From NCBI RefSeq assembly GCF_009914755.1, contig NC_060937.1: DNA of 64,000 bases. One strand, written 5' to 3'. Below are positions 1-14,756 of the stretch, one piece after another. The stretch's first letter is position 1; every line of letters starts with the position of its first letter. A program made the translations under genes and the position numbers. The stretch is from the human T2T-CHM13v2.0 reference genome, Homo sapiens. Under the pieces are notes generated by a model. The model made no database searches and had not been told where the DNA came from. It saw only the letters and a program-made list of their open reading frames with translations.

Positions 1-400
<400 letters not shown>

Positions 401-986
401 TGAATGATCTTTGTGGTTAATCTGACCATTTCACTCTCCCATTAAAAGCCCCCTTTGCTTATAGGATAAAGTGTAAACTGCTTATGAAGCCATACAGAGT
501 TCTCCATGAACCTGACTTAACCAATTTCACTGCACATCCTGCCACCACTATCCTCTACTTGTAATGCAGGAACATATTTTGGCCATTTATGGCTTGGTTC
601 AAGCTCATAACCTCCTGTGTGAAGTCATTCCTAAACCTCTGTGAAGAGCTGATTACTCTCTTCTCTGTGGCTCTACCATGGCCTTGGTAGACTTCTGGAA
701 GACTTGGGTTTTTGTATGGCTACCTGTACTAAATTGCAAGGTTTTTAGGGATGAAACCAGGTCTGCTTGATTCCTGTGTTTCTCGTCATTAAGACAACCC
801 TGACACATAGTAACCACCCAATTCATTTTTTAACAAATGACAGAAGTGCAACAGTCATTCCCTCAGGAACTTTTGATTCTGCAAAAAGGCTTGGACAGTA
901 AATTGGGCTGCAGCAATTGCCTATTCTTCACTGAAGAAAAGTCTTAAGGACTTAACTCTGAAATTTTGGAAGACAAAGTAGCCTTA

Positions 987-1324
<338 letters not shown>

Positions 1325-2411
1325 TCAAATGCTTATAAATCACAAGATCAAATCAGTTGAAAGCAATACTTTCTTTTTACTCATTACAGTTTATTGAGCA
1401 CACACTAAGTGCTCAGAACTGTGTCAGGTGCTATACAGATTATAACCCTTTAAACTGTGAGAATTACCAATAAAACATGAAAGAGTGAAAGAGCTGGATT
1501 GCAATTAACTTTACCAATAATTATTATGGTGTAATTCTAGGTGCGTCATTGTTATATGGAAATAAAAATCTCAACAGTGAGTGAAGGCTGCTAAAAGTAG
1601 CAGCAGCAATTAAGCCTCATATGACTATATAACTTTAGAATGAAAATGTCAGGGAGGAGAAATGGAAAAATCATGCAATCAAGAGAGACACGTTTTATAA
1701 AATAATAAAGGACAGGACCTCTTTTTAAATGCTTGATGGCAAACACGTGTCACAAGTTAGAAAAATGTTCACTGTATTTGTTGAATGTTTTCCATATGTC
1801 ACACATATGGATTTTCTAATTCTATGAGAGGGTTTTCACTTAAAAATTCCAGTGTGTTGACAAGTTAATAAGTGATCTACTGACTTCTTCCCACGCAAGG
1901 GGCTGGAAAACCAATTTCGGCATAGTAGGTGGCATTGCTTTCCCTGGGTTCTCAGCCAGGGTCCATCTGGCTACAACAGAGGTGAGGCAGCCTCCCCAGT
2001 CCTGCTGCATGCCACCTCTCAGCCCACCTGCCAGCTACCACCCCGCTCAGGTCCCCTGTTTCCAGCCCTGCCAAACCGCCCACCTCACCCTGAAAATTCC
2101 CTCTGCCAACAAAGTCCTTTTCCCCTGTGCTGTACCTAGCCCATGTCTACTCATCCTTTTCTCTGAAGGTCTTAATGAAATGTCATCTCTCCTGTGAAGC
2201 CTACTTGGGTCTCCCAAGCAGAATCTGTAATCCCTGGTTCACTGGCTCCTTGGTACTTAATCAATTCCCCGTGTCATGCCACACTAACCGTTTCTATTCA
2301 TTTAGCTATTTCAATAAATACATTTATTTCAAAAGCTTATTTATTGAGCATCTGCTGGATCAGACATGGTGCCCAACCCTAGAAATAGAAAGATGAATGG
2401 TGCATGGGGTC

Positions 2412-2651
2412 TGCTAGAGACCTAGGCATCCAAATACAAGAAGCACAAAGAACACCCAGGAAATTTATCGCAAAAAGATCTTCCCCTAGGCACATTGTCA
2501 TCAGGTTATCCAAAGTTACGACAAAAGAAAGAATCTTAAAAGCTGTGAGACAGAAGCACCAGGTAACCTACAAAGGAAAACCTATCAGATTAACAGCAGA
2601 TTTCTCAGCAGAACCTCTACAAGCTAGAAGGGATTTGGGCCCTATCTTCAG
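2412..2651 (+). mobile_element. Isolated L1 ORF1 fragment, near-copy of 6882-7121
   Basis: 13 mismatches over ~240 bp by manual alignment; no A-tail or TSD. Confidence 0.9.
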
Positions 2652-2661
2652 AAATTCAAAG

Positions 2662-2800
2662 AATATGGCTCCTAGTTTTCCAGTATGGATGGGGTCCCAT
2701 ATAGATTGACTGTGCAGGATAAGACAAAAGTCAAATATGGCTCCTAGTTTTTCAGCATGGATAGGGTCCCATGTAAGATATGGACTACATAGGAGAAGTG
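2662..2800. repeat. Diverged ~72-bp tandem duplication
   Basis: aatatggctcctagtttt(c/t)cag(t/c)atggat(g/a)gggtcccat occurs at ~2662 and ~2734. Confidence 0.85.
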
Positions 2801-3459
2801 AATTTAGGAAGAAAGTTGATGCATTCAGTATACTTCACATAGAGCACTGGATGCGTATGGACATTTGGGTAAAGATATCTAAGAGGCAACTGAACGTCTG
2901 AGCCTGAAAGTTGGGGATGCAGAATGAGCTAAGGAGACAGATCTGCAAGTTGTCTGCCCCTGACTGGTAATCAGGGACCATGAGACCTTCAGAGAACCCC
3001 TGGAGAGGGCTCAACGTGGGAAGAAAGCCTAGGCAGAGCTCTGGAGAACACCAGGTAAAACGGCCTGGCAGAGGAAAAGGAGTCATGGAGGACACTGAGA
3101 AGCACAGTTAGAGAGGATGAAGGAGAACCAGGAGGACACGATGTGATTCGGTACAAAGGAAAGATATTACAGGAAAGAGGAAGGATAGTGCTAAGATTAA
3201 GGGCATAGCTTCTGAAGTCAGACCACCTTCATGCTGGTCTAGCACTTAATAATTGGGTGAAATAGAGCAAAGTATTCTTTTACGCTTTATACCTCAGTTT
3301 TCTCATCTGTAAATGGGTATCTTATAGGACTATTGTTAATATTAAAAACATTTAGACTAGCACCTGCCATGTATTATGTTCTTAATAAATATCATTTTTT
3401 ATTAATATTATAGATTTCTCTCTTCCATTTTTGTCAACTTCCCCAAGGGCAGAGACTAC

Positions 3460-3751
3460 TTTTTTTGAGACAAGTTCTCACTCTGTCACCCAGGGTGGAA
3501 TGCAGTGGTGCAATTATGGCTTACTGCAGCCTCAACCTTCTGGGCTCAAGTGATCTTCCCATCTTGGCCTTTCTAGTAGCTGGGACTACAAGTGTATACC
3601 ACCATGCCCAACTAAATTTTTTAAATTATTTTTTGTAGAGACAGGGTCTCACTATGTTGCCCAGGCTGCTCTCAAACTAGGGCTCAAGCAATTCTCCCAC
3701 CTCAACATCCTAAGTTGTTGGGATTATAGGCATGAGCCACCACACCCAGCC
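3460..3751 (-). mobile_element. Alu (J-like)
   Basis: Diverged antisense Alu. Confidence 0.92.
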
Positions 3752-5024
3752 ACAGAGACCACTTTTTAAAAATCTTCTTTGTATCTCATTCACCTACCAC
3801 AGCATATAACTCATAATAGGCACAAAGGAAATAGTTGTTGAATAAAATCACTCTACTAGGACCCTCTACGTGGCCAGAGCATCTTTTGTCATAATAGTTA
3901 GTCAGAGATTTGACCCACGGAGTCAACGTTCTGAGAAAAAAGTTTGTTTTTCTCCAAAGTCAGAAAAGTCTATTTTGGTTGTTTCCAAAGACATTTAATG
4001 TGCTTAAAAAATCCTAGAGTTGAAGAGACTTTAAAAGTTATCCAGTCCAATGTCCTTATTAATGCAAGAAACTTTATATGACATCCATAAAACTCAACTT
4101 CCAATGACAGCCAACCCACTCCCAGCCCATTTCTCTGTTAGAAGGTTTTATTTTATTCTTAGATCTTGAACACAAGGCGGCCTCCCTGCAATTTTTACCA
4201 ACTGATCCTAATTCAATCTTATAGAGCTACCCAGCCTACTTCTATACCCCTGAGAAGATAACAATCCTTCAAGAAACTGAAGACAACTACAGGCATCCCT
4301 TATTTTATTGGAAGAAGGTACCACCTAGGACTTTCACAGCTAGAGAAGAGAAGTAAATGCCTGGCTCCAAAGCTTCAAAGAACAGGCAGAGCCTCCTGTT
4401 AGGGGCTAATGCAGCTTGACTTGAAGTTGAAGTCAACGCACATTGACCATTCTGAAAATCTAGAGCCTTTAAGAATGGCGCTAAATCTACTCTACCTGTG
4501 CTCTATAAATGGAACAGAGCCTGGATGACAGCACCTGTGTACAGCATGGTTTACTGAATGTTTTAAGACCACTGTTGAGACCCAGTGTTCAGAAAAAGAT
4601 TACTTTCAAAATATTACTGCTCAGAGACAATGCACCTGATCACTTAAGAGTGCCGATGCAGACATATAAGGAAATTAATGTTCTTTTCATGCCTGTTAAT
4701 ATAACATCTGTTCTGCAGCCCAAGGATCAAGGACAAATTTTTAACTTTCGAGTCTTATTATTTAAGAAATACATTTCATATGGTTATTGCTGCCATAGAT
4801 ATTGATTTCTCTGACGGATCTGGGCAAAGTAAATTGAAACCCTTCTGGAAAGGATTCACTATTCTAGATGCCATTAAGAACATTCATGACTCATGGGAGG
4901 AGATCAAAATATCAACATGAATAGGAGTCTGGAAGAAGTTGATTCCAATGCTCATGGATGACTTGGAGAGGTTCCAGACTTCAGTGTAAGAAGTAACTGC
5001 AGATGTGACAGAAATAGCAAGAGA

Positions 5025-8000
5025 CAGCAATTCCAAGAGCAATTCCACAGACCCTCTAAAGAAAGGAGACTGCTCCTGTAGGACCCAGGTGAACCCTCAA
5101 AACTGTGAGTGCCCCAACTGTGGAAGTTGGGAAAGGGAGACCCTCCTCTCCTAAACACACACCCCCACTGGAAAAGCTGAAGGTCTGTTTGTGGGAGAAG
5201 TTTCTGACTTTATCTGGAGCTGAGTCAATGTGGAGAGCCAAGTGAAATACAGGGGTAGAGGAAGCAGCAGAAAGGCCCTGGGAGCTTGCTGGGTGCCTTA
5301 GCAGGCTACTCCTGCCTGGCACCTCAGGGATCCAGCGGGAGAGGAGCAGGGGGTAAAACTACACAGGAAGAAGCAAATCTCTAGCTGAACTTAGTAACAA
5401 TTTGAACAGGGTGAGAAGCCTCCTGGCCAGAACCAGGGGGAGGGTGCAAATCCAGTATGCAGACTCTACAGGCCTGGGAAAAATCCAGACCTTTTATTTC
5501 GCAACTAGGAGGCGAGTAGCCTGGGGCAGGTTTTCAAGCTGGTATTGCTCTCTGCCTGGAAACAGTCTGGGGGCTGATAAGGGACACGCAGGGAGTGAGA
5601 CCAGCCCTTCGGTTTGCATGGGAGCTGGGTGAGGCCTGTGACTGCCGGCTTTCCCCCACTTCCCTGACAACCTGCATGACTCAGCAGAGGCAGCCATAAT
5701 CCTCCCACGTACACAACTCCAGTGACCTGGGACTCTCACTCCCATCCGCCACAGCAGCCGCAGCAAGACCCACCCAAGGAGAGTCTGAGCTCAGACATGC
5801 CTAGCCCTGCCCCCACCTGATGGTCCTTCCCTACCCACTCTGGTAGCCGAAGACAAAAGGCATATAATCTTGGAAGTTCTAGGGCCCCGTCCACTGCCGG
5901 TTCTTCCCCGTAATACCACAGCTGATGCTGTCTGGAAAGCACCACCTCCTAGCAGGAGGCCAACCAGCACAAAAATAGAGCATTAAACCACCAAAGCTAA
6001 GAACACTCACAGAGTCCATTGTACTCCCTACCACCTCCACAGGAACAGGTGTTGGTATCCATGGCTGAGAGATCCATAGACAGTTCACATCATGGGAGTC
6101 TGTGCAGACAACCCCCAGTACCAGCCCAGAGCCAGGTAGACTTGCTGGGTGGCTAGACCCAGAAGAGAGACAACAATCACTGCAGTTCAGCTCACTGGAA
6201 GCCACATCCATAGGAAAAGGCGGAGAGTACTACATCAAGGGAACATCCTATGGGACAAAAGAATATGAACAACAGCCTTCAGTGCTAGACCTTCCTTCTG
6301 ACAGAGCCTACCCAAATGAGAAGGAACCAGAAAACCAACCCTGGTAATATGACAAAACAAGGCTCTTCAACACCCCCCCAAAAATCACACTAGTTCACCA
6401 GCAATGGATCCAAACCAAGAAAAAAATCCCTGATTTACCTGAAAAAGAATTCAGGAGGATAGTTATTAAGCTAATTAGGGAGGGACCAGAGAAGGTGAAG
6501 CCCAATGCAAGGCAATACAAAATATGGTACCAGAAGTGAAGGAAGAAATGTTCAAGGAAATAGACTGCTTAAAGAAAATACAGTAAAAAATTCAGGAAAG
6601 TTTGGACACACTTTTAGAAATGCAAAGTGCTCTGGAAAGTCTCAGTAATAGAATTGAACAAGTAAAAGAAATTCAGAGCTTGAAGACAAGGTCTTCAAAT
6701 TAACCCATTCCAACAAAGACAAAGAAAAAAGAATAAGAAAATATGAACAAAGCCTCCAAGAAGTCTGGGATTATGTTAAACGACCAAACCTAAGAATAAT
6801 TGGTGTATCTGAGGAAGAAGAGAATCCTAAAAGCTTGGAAAACATATTTGGGGGAATAATCAAGGAAAACCTCCCCAGCCTTGCTAGAGGCCTAGACATC
6901 CAAAAACAAGAAGCACAAAGAACACCAAGGAAATTCATCACAAAAAGATCTTCCCCTAGGCACATTGTCATCAGGTTATCCAAAGTTAAGACAAAAGAAA
7001 GAATCTTAAGAGCTATGAGACAGAAGCACCAGGTAACCTATAAAGGAAAACCTATCAGATTAACAGCAGATTTCTCAGCAGAAACCCTACAGGCTAGAAG
7101 GGATTTGGGCCCTATCTTCAGCCTCCTCAAACAAAACAATTATCAGCCAAGAATTTTGTAAATCCAGCAAAACTAAGCATCATAGATGAAGGAAAGAGAC
7201 AGTCTTTCAGACAAACAAATGCTGAGAGAATTCACCATTACCAAGCCACCTCTATAAGAACTGCTAAAAGGAGCTCTAAATCTTGAAACAAATCCTGAAA
7301 ACACATCAAAACAGAACCTCATTAAAGCATAAATCGGACAGGACCTATAAAATAAAAATATAAGTTAAAAAGCAAAAACAAAAAACAAAAAAACCAAAGT
7401 ACACAGGCAACAAAGAGCATGATGAATGCAACAGTACCTCAGGTTTCAATACTAACATTGAATGTAAATGGCCTAAATGCTCCACTTAAAAGATGCAGAA
7501 CCGCAAAATGGATAAGAACTCAGCACAGCAAAAGGAACAGTCAGCAGAGTAAACAGACAACCCACAGAGTGGGAGAAAATCTTTACAATCTATACATCTG
7601 ACAAAGGACTAATATCCAGAATCTACAATAAACTCAAACAAATCAGTAAGAAAAAAAACAAACAATCCCATCAAAAAGTAGGCTAAGGACATGAAAAGAA
7701 GATACACAAATGGCCAAGAAACGTGAAAAAAATGTTCAACATCACTAATGATCAGGGAAATGCAAGTCAAAACCACAATGAGGTACTACCTCACTCCTAT
7801 AAGAATGGCCATAATCAAAAAATCAAAAAACAGTAGATGCTGGCATGGATGCGGTAAACAGGGAACACTTCTACACTGCTGGTGGGAATGTAAACTAGTA
7901 CAGCCATTATGGAAAACAGTATGGAGATTCCTTAAAGAACTAAAAGTAGAACTACCATTTGATCCAGCAATCCCACTGTTGGCTATCTACCCAGAGGAAA

Positions 8001-8495
8001 GGAAGTCATTACTCAAAAAAGATACTTGCACACACATTTACAACAGTGCAATTCACAATTGCAAAATTGTGGAACGAACCCAAATGCCCATCAATCAAGT
8101 GGATAAAGAAACTGTGGTATATACCTATATGGTGGAATACTATGCAGCCATAAAAAGGAATGAATTAATAGCATTTGCAGTGACCTGGATGAGATTGGAG
8201 AGTATTATTCTAAGTGAAGTAACTCAGGAATGGCAAACCACACATCATATGTTCTCATTGATATGTGGGAGCTAAGATATGGGGACGCAAAGGCATAAGA
8301 ATGATGCAATGACTTTGGGGACTTGGGGGAAAGAGTGGGAGGAGGGTCAGGGCTAGAAGACTACAAATATGGTACAGTGTATACTGCTCGGGTGATGGGT
8401 GCATCAAATTCTCACAAATCACCACTAAAGAAATTACTCATGTAACCAAATACCACCTGTACCCCAATTACTTATGGAAAATTTTTTTTTAAAAA
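5025..8495 (+). mobile_element. L1PB-type LINE-1 with 5'UTR, ORF1 and an internally deleted ORF2, inside Tigger1
   Basis: ORF1 (IQKQEAQRTP...YKGKPIRLTADFS); ORF2 start (ILTLNVNGLNAPLKR) fused at ~7520 to the ORF2 C-terminal region ([14 protein letters not shown]); TSD agaaatagc(a/c)agaga. Confidence 0.92.
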
Positions 8496-9088
8496 AGAAA
8501 TAGCCAGAGAACTAGAATTATAAGTGGAGCCTGAAGATGTGACTGAATTGCTGCAGTCCCATGATAAAACTTTAGCAGATAAGGAGTTGCTTCTTAGAGA
8601 TGAATAACGAAAGTAGTTTCTTAAGATACAACCTACTCCTGGTGAAGATGCCATGAGCATTGTTGAAATGACAAGGGATTTAGGGATTTAGAATATTCCA
8701 TAATTTTAGTTGATAAAGCAATGGTAGGCTTCGAGAGGATTAACTCCAATTTTGAAAGACGTTCAACCATGAGTAAAATGCTGTCTAACAGCATCACATG
8801 CTACAGGCAAATCTTTTGTGAAAGAAAGTCAGTTGATATAACAAGCTTCATTTTTGTCTTAAGAAATTGCCACAGTCACCTCAACCTTCAACAGCCACCA
8901 CCCTGATCAGTCAGCAGCCATCGACACTGTGGCAAGTCCCTCCACCAGAAAAAATATTACACTTACTGAAGGTCCAGGTGAATGTTAGCATTTTTTAGGA
9001 ATAAGGTATTTCTGAATTAAGGTATGTACACTTTTTTAGACATAATGCTATTGCACACTTAATAGACTACAGTATACTGTAAACATAA

Positions 9089-9387
9089 CTTTTTTATTTT
9101 TTTGAGACAGGGTCTCACTCTGTCACCCAGGCTGGAGTCCAGTGGTGCAATCTCGGCTCACTGCAATCTCCACCTCCTGGACTCAAGTGATTCTCCCACT
9201 TCAGCCTCCTGAGAGCTGGGATTACAGGTGCACACCACCACCACATCCGACAAATTTTTCTATTTTTTATAAAGACAAGGTTTTGCTATATTGCTGAGGC
9301 TGTTCTCAAACTCCTGACCTCAGGCTATCTGCCAGCCTCAGCCTCCTAAAGTGCTGGGATTACAGGAATGAGCCACTACATTTGGCC
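9089..9387 (-). mobile_element. Alu inside Tigger1
   Basis: Antisense Alu; TSD aaacata(a/g)cttt. Confidence 0.92.
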
Positions 9388-9550
9388 AAACATAGCTTTT
9401 ATATGCACTGGAAAGCCAAAAAATTTGTGTGACTCACTTCATTGTGATATTTGCTTTATGCCAGTGATATGGAACTGACCCAGCAATATCTCTGAGGTAG
9501 GCTTATACATTCTAGGTTTTTAAAAAATTAACAGGACAAAAATCAACACT

Positions 9551-9662
9551 GTATCAGCTGGTGCTGTCATTTTAAAAATACCATAGACTGGGTGACTTAT
9601 ATAACCGAAATTTATTGCTCACAGTTCTGGAGGCTGGGAAGTCCAAGATCAAGGTGCTATTA
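9551..9662 (+). mobile_element. MLT1-type LTR fragment
   Basis: aaatttattgctcacagttctggaggctgggaagtccaagatcaagg motif. Confidence 0.75.
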
Positions 9663-12600
9663 GAATGAGCCAATTCTGATGCAAGTGGATGGAGCAAATA
9701 CAGTCTTAAGGCTCAATATTATGAGTATATACTTCAGAGTATCAACCCTCTGAGCTCTGTACCGGTCTGCACTAGGTGGGGACATTCACAGCCTAGCTTG
9801 CCCAGAAACAGATAATCAGGACTACTGGAGGTTTGGAAAGTGTGGCATTCATGTAAAGAAAGTTACAGCAACAAGTTAAGAAGCCCTGCCACACTTCTGG
9901 TTTGTGAACAACCAGCATTCAAGAGTGCACACCTATGCCTTACAGGACATCTCTGAACGCAAGTTGTTAAACTATTCAAATATATGTCTTGGTTTTAGTG
10001 TAGCTCTTCAGCCTGTCAAGACCACTTAAGATAGTATAATTTGATCTGAGATTGACCATCTCAGCTATCTGTTTTAGCTTAGTATCATCTATACATCTGA
10101 GTGAAATGTCTCCTACAGCTTCATCCAAAGCTCTGGAACAACATAGCAGCATCACTGGTTATCTAGCCCAGGAAAAATCACCTCACCTCTTTGATCCTCC
10201 ATGTATTTCCCTATAAAATTTGGTTAGGTAGTCTTTAAAGCTAAGTACAAAACAGCAGTTTGCATAAAACTTTAAGAAGCCTCCCTATGAAGTACACAAT
10301 ATACTATCACCAGGATTTTTACTGAAATTCACTAACATGAAATTATATGCCCAATTTTGTCTGAATGGGCATTTTCTAAAGAAAAGATCTATAGTTTTCA
10401 TGAGATTCTTAAAAGGGTCCAAGGGACCACTATTCCATGAAGATGGTTGTTCAAGTAGCTAGCTGCCCACCTCACTGCACTATTTTAACACATTCCTCTA
10501 CCTCTATCATGAAAATGAAAATATTGAAGCAGTCTACTATTTTCATAAAGTAACTGTGAATTCTCCTCAAACTTCCTAAAACCCATGAGCTTCCTCCCAA
10601 CTCAGGAAGCAGCTATGGTTTTCTATGTCTGCTGCCCTTCAGAAGGGTTGCCATAGCAGAATAGAAAAAAACTAAAGACTCAAGATCCCAGAATTTTAGT
10701 ATTAAAGCCTTTGAAAATGTAGGCTGCCGGACTCAAGGCCTGAAGTATATGCCTTAACCACTGGATATAGATGTCTACCAAATCAAAGACAAGTGCAGTT
10801 CCATCCCAAAAATAGACAAGGATTCTGCCAGTAAGGGGGAGTCAGAGGAAGAGAAGAGCTGAGATATTAAGGTATCTCTGAAATGGAGTCCCACTCCTGT
10901 CCCCATCACTGGTGGGAGAGGGTGAATAATAGAAACTCCAAATGGGTTTGGGGACATCTGTTAACACTGAAAACATTCCAGCAAGATCCACAGAGATATC
11001 CCACATCCAGAGTGGAAACAGTAGAAGAATCATCAATGTGTGGGCACCTGGGCAGACAAGCCTAAAACATCATCAGGGCCTCCAAAATCCAGTGAGGCAA
11101 AGGAAGAGTTCATGGTATTCCCCATGAGCCCAGGAGGGATGGGTAAATAACAGAAAAAGAGCAAAACCCATGAGGCCTCTGACTTGGTATGAGGCTGACA
11201 CAGCACAAACACCAGAGACCAGGGGCCAGAAGGAGCAAAGGTGTGTCTATCAAAGCCAGGTTAGATAGATGTTGCCAACCTAAGGCCTGACACTTGATGT
11301 CCCCTACCCGATGACTTGAGATGACATAAGTGTCCTCCCCCTCCCCACAATGTACAGGAAGGTGAAGGACAGGGAGATCCTGGGACCAACTAAGATTTAG
11401 TATTTGCCATTCAGCAGAATGGAGATTCAGTGAGAAAATGTGTTCAGTTACAGAAATTCTACAAAAGATACACTTCTTAAATACTCAAGTTTATGGGTAG
11501 AGACGTATATCTGCAACAGAAATCATGACAAACGATGACAAATGTTCTACTAAAATCACATAGCACCGTGCTCGTGTCTATGGCATTACCCAGGTCCATA
11601 CAGTCAAAGCAGCTTTTCAAGAAGGAAGTGTGACAACTCTGACGGTGGTGACCCTTTTCTCCTGCTAACCAGTGCTGATTTAGACCAAGTGTTCACTCTT
11701 CCACCTGATGAGCCAGGTATGGCCTGCCAGGTTCTTGTTTGACTGAAGCAGTCCATTGTCAACAAAAGCCCTTAAAATTTTCAGACCCATCTTATCCCTT
11801 CCATGTTTTATGGTGCTAAAGTCTGCTGTCTTAACTAGTCTTTTGAAGCACTTGAGGAAATTCAATGCTTCTTTTTGAGGCAAATATTGATCCTACCCAC
11901 GGGATATGGGTATATCCTATTCAACTGATGTATGACAAAAGATAGACATCAGGCTCTTGAACATTTTGACAATTCTGCATTATTCTGGAAGGATTGGGTG
12001 GATGGATTCTTCTGCAGTGAAACAGCATAGAACATAGATACTAAGATCCAAGTTGGAAAAAAATCCAATGACAAATCGGTTTAATTCCAGCCTTTGCCAA
12101 AGGCTCCTGTGAGACTTCCAATATTTAAGGGAGTCCTCAGGGTCATGATACTAGAGTATCCATTGCCCCTCTTCCAGATATTGCCCCCAGCCATGGGTTA
12201 CATAGCAGAAAGCAAGAATCTGGCTTATATCATTTAAGCTCCCAGCAGAAATGACTTCCCTTAATCAGGATTTTTATTCTCTGTAACTTTTATATATGAT
12301 TTATACGAAAAATATCCCTTTAAACAATGTTCCTGTGACTTTTGCAAGACCCGAGTTAGTTACTGCCTGTTAAATTGTCCCTTCTGTAAAGAGCCAGTTG
12401 ATAAATTACTTCGTGATTCAGAGCAAGAAAAGCTTGAGTTCCTGAAAGTGTTTGTCTCTGTCCTGCTGTCAAACAATAAAAATTACATAACTCAAAGATT
12501 TCCTTGTTTGCCTTATCTTTAGGAAACTCAGAAATAATTATTGTGCTCTCCTGCAGTAATTGATTTATCTCAAGGACATTGTGACATTGATTTCTCTGCT

Positions 12601-13671
12601 ATATTAATTTGTCTCTGGTTTAAATTGTGTATTGTGTTCGATTTTGTAAACAGCCTCAAGCTTTTCTGAAAATAAGTGGAATATCATTGAAAGAAATGCA
12701 TTTTAACTTCCCCGAGATTTGGTTTTCTTCAAAATATCTACCTCAGTTTTATGGTTATATGAATTCACCTATTTGACTAATTTCTGTCACCTCTATTAGA
12801 ATGTAAGTTCTATGAGGGACAAGAGTACATCAAATTTGCTCACTGTTCTACCTTCAGTGCCTAGCACCATGCTTGAGGGTTAGGGTGCTACAGTAACTAA
12901 CAACCTGAAAACTTCCCCATGGCTTAAAGAACAAAGGCTTCTTTTTTTCTTGCTCACTCTACATATCCACTATAGAGGTTGGCTGTGACTTTACCTCTCA
13001 TAACCACTGGAATGTTGTCCTGTCCTGGCAAAGAGAAAAGAGATATGACAAACCACAAATCATCTATTAGCACTGCATTGGCCAAACCCCAGTCACACGG
13101 CCAGGAAGGGAATGGGTAGCCCTCCCAGGGACAGGTACTGCAGGGAGGGTTTGGAATATCTGGAGACAATAATGCATCTATAACGTATAACATAACCTGA
13201 GCAATTAAGTCAACTGGACTTACAGATTACATTTTCCTAAATTAATGCGGTGCTCTTTAATTATTTCTTCCCATATTTCACCTTTGGTCTTTGAAACTTG
13301 TTTTAGAAAAAAAGTTCACTTCAAAGTATCCTGTTGTACTATCAACTTCGTTATACCTAGGTCAAATACACATGATCATGCATAATATCTCTCCCCTTCC
13401 CCCTGAATAGCTTAGGAAGTCTAGAGAGCAGGGTATTAACTTTTCCCACTCCAGTATACTCACAGAGGCCTCAGTGAATAGTTACAGAGCCCATGTCAGG
13501 GTTTCCATCTCCTACTATAGGGAAGAGCAGATCAACTGATAATCTGTCGTTGGATTTTTTTCAACCTGGATCTTAATATCTATGTTCTATGCTGTTTACA
13601 CTGCAGAAGAATCCATCCATCTAATTCTTCCAGAAGAATGCAGAATTGGGAATATGTTCAAGAGCCTGATT

Positions 13672-13726
13672 TGAAGTTTGAAACTTCACTTGAACACTTT
13701 GAAACTTCACTTGAACACTTTGAAAC
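13672..13726. repeat. 21-bp tandem repeat (x2.4) preceded by a perfect palindrome
   Basis: tttgaaacttcacttgaacac twice plus tttgaaac; TGAAGTTT-G-AAACTTCA at 13672-13688. Confidence 0.9.
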
Positions 13727-14032
13727 ACCTGAAAACCCCAAACAAAATAAAATATTCTTTTGAATGTATGCCTAAGCTTGGAAGAAAATAAGAGAACTGC
13801 AGGGGCCAAAGACAATGAGATGGAAACTATAGCAGGCAGCTAGAGAACAAAAAGTGCAACAGTCACGCTGGTGAAAGGCTTTCCGGTTTGATGCTAACAT
13901 TACAAACCTGAGGCTGAGGTTTTAATGGCTTCATAAAAGCAGAAGACCCCACTTAACTTGGGGAGTTACACTGAGGCCCCAAATAAAGCTATAATCCACA
14001 AAGGACCTCAGCCTAAGTAAAAGGTATACCCA

Positions 14033-14214
14033 GACTTGCCAGATTTAGCAAATAAAAATATAGGCTGGCCAGTTAAATTGGAATTACAAATGAACTTTTA
14101 ATATAAGTGTGTCCAATGCATTATCTGGAACATACTTCTCCTAGAAATTTTTGTTGCTGTTTATCTGAAATTTAAATTTAACTGGACACCCTGTATTTTT
14201 ATCTGGCTGTCCTA
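14033..14214. mobile_element. MER53-like palindromic MITE
   Basis: ttgccagatttagcaaataaaaata...ccagttaaatt / aatttaactgg...tgtatttttatctggc. Confidence 0.75.
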
Positions 14215-14756
14215 GAGACACTAGAAAAATTACCCACCAACCAGCACAAGGAGTCAACAAGAATGCTTGCCTATCTCCATGTGGACTCTCAGTAGTGGGG
14301 GACAGGTGGGAGGGAAAAATATCCTCCCTTAAAAATGAATAATCATGGGTCTGCCTTACACAGATTTATGGTTCAACTTTATACTGCATGAGCCTCATCT
14401 ACCAGGACAGAAATTAGCCTAACAAAGGCCCACCAGACCATGATACCTCAGCATTCCAAAGATAAGCTCACAACTCAAAATTGCAGTTGGGTCGCTTATG
14501 TACTACAAGCAAAGCAGGCTCCTTCACTTGTCAGTTTAAAAATTCAAACTGCACAAAGGCTTTGAGACACGTCTACAGAATCAAACAAGCTGATTCCTTC
14601 TCTGTATTCTCGTAGGTAGGGCAAATCAAAAGGTTCGATCCTGTGGCTTCACGCTGTGATTCTCATTTGGCCAAAAACACAGCTGAGAAAAAAAAAAAAG
14701 AAAAGGAAAAAACAAGCCAGTTCTAGCATTGGAAATGTAGCATTCATTAATCCATT

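Larger units (their letters stand above)
4290..9505 (+). mobile_element. Tigger1 DNA transposon (internally deleted) carrying L1 and Alu insertions
   Basis: TA|CAGGCAT... start and ...AATATCTCTGAGGTAGGCTTA|TA end; DDE remnant FKILLLRDNAPDH...[16 protein letters not shown]. Confidence 0.9.

Noticed and set aside
9980-12250. Possible ancient CR1/L3 LINE remnant or unique exon
   Set aside because: Only a faint resemblance; I cannot support either call without a profile search.
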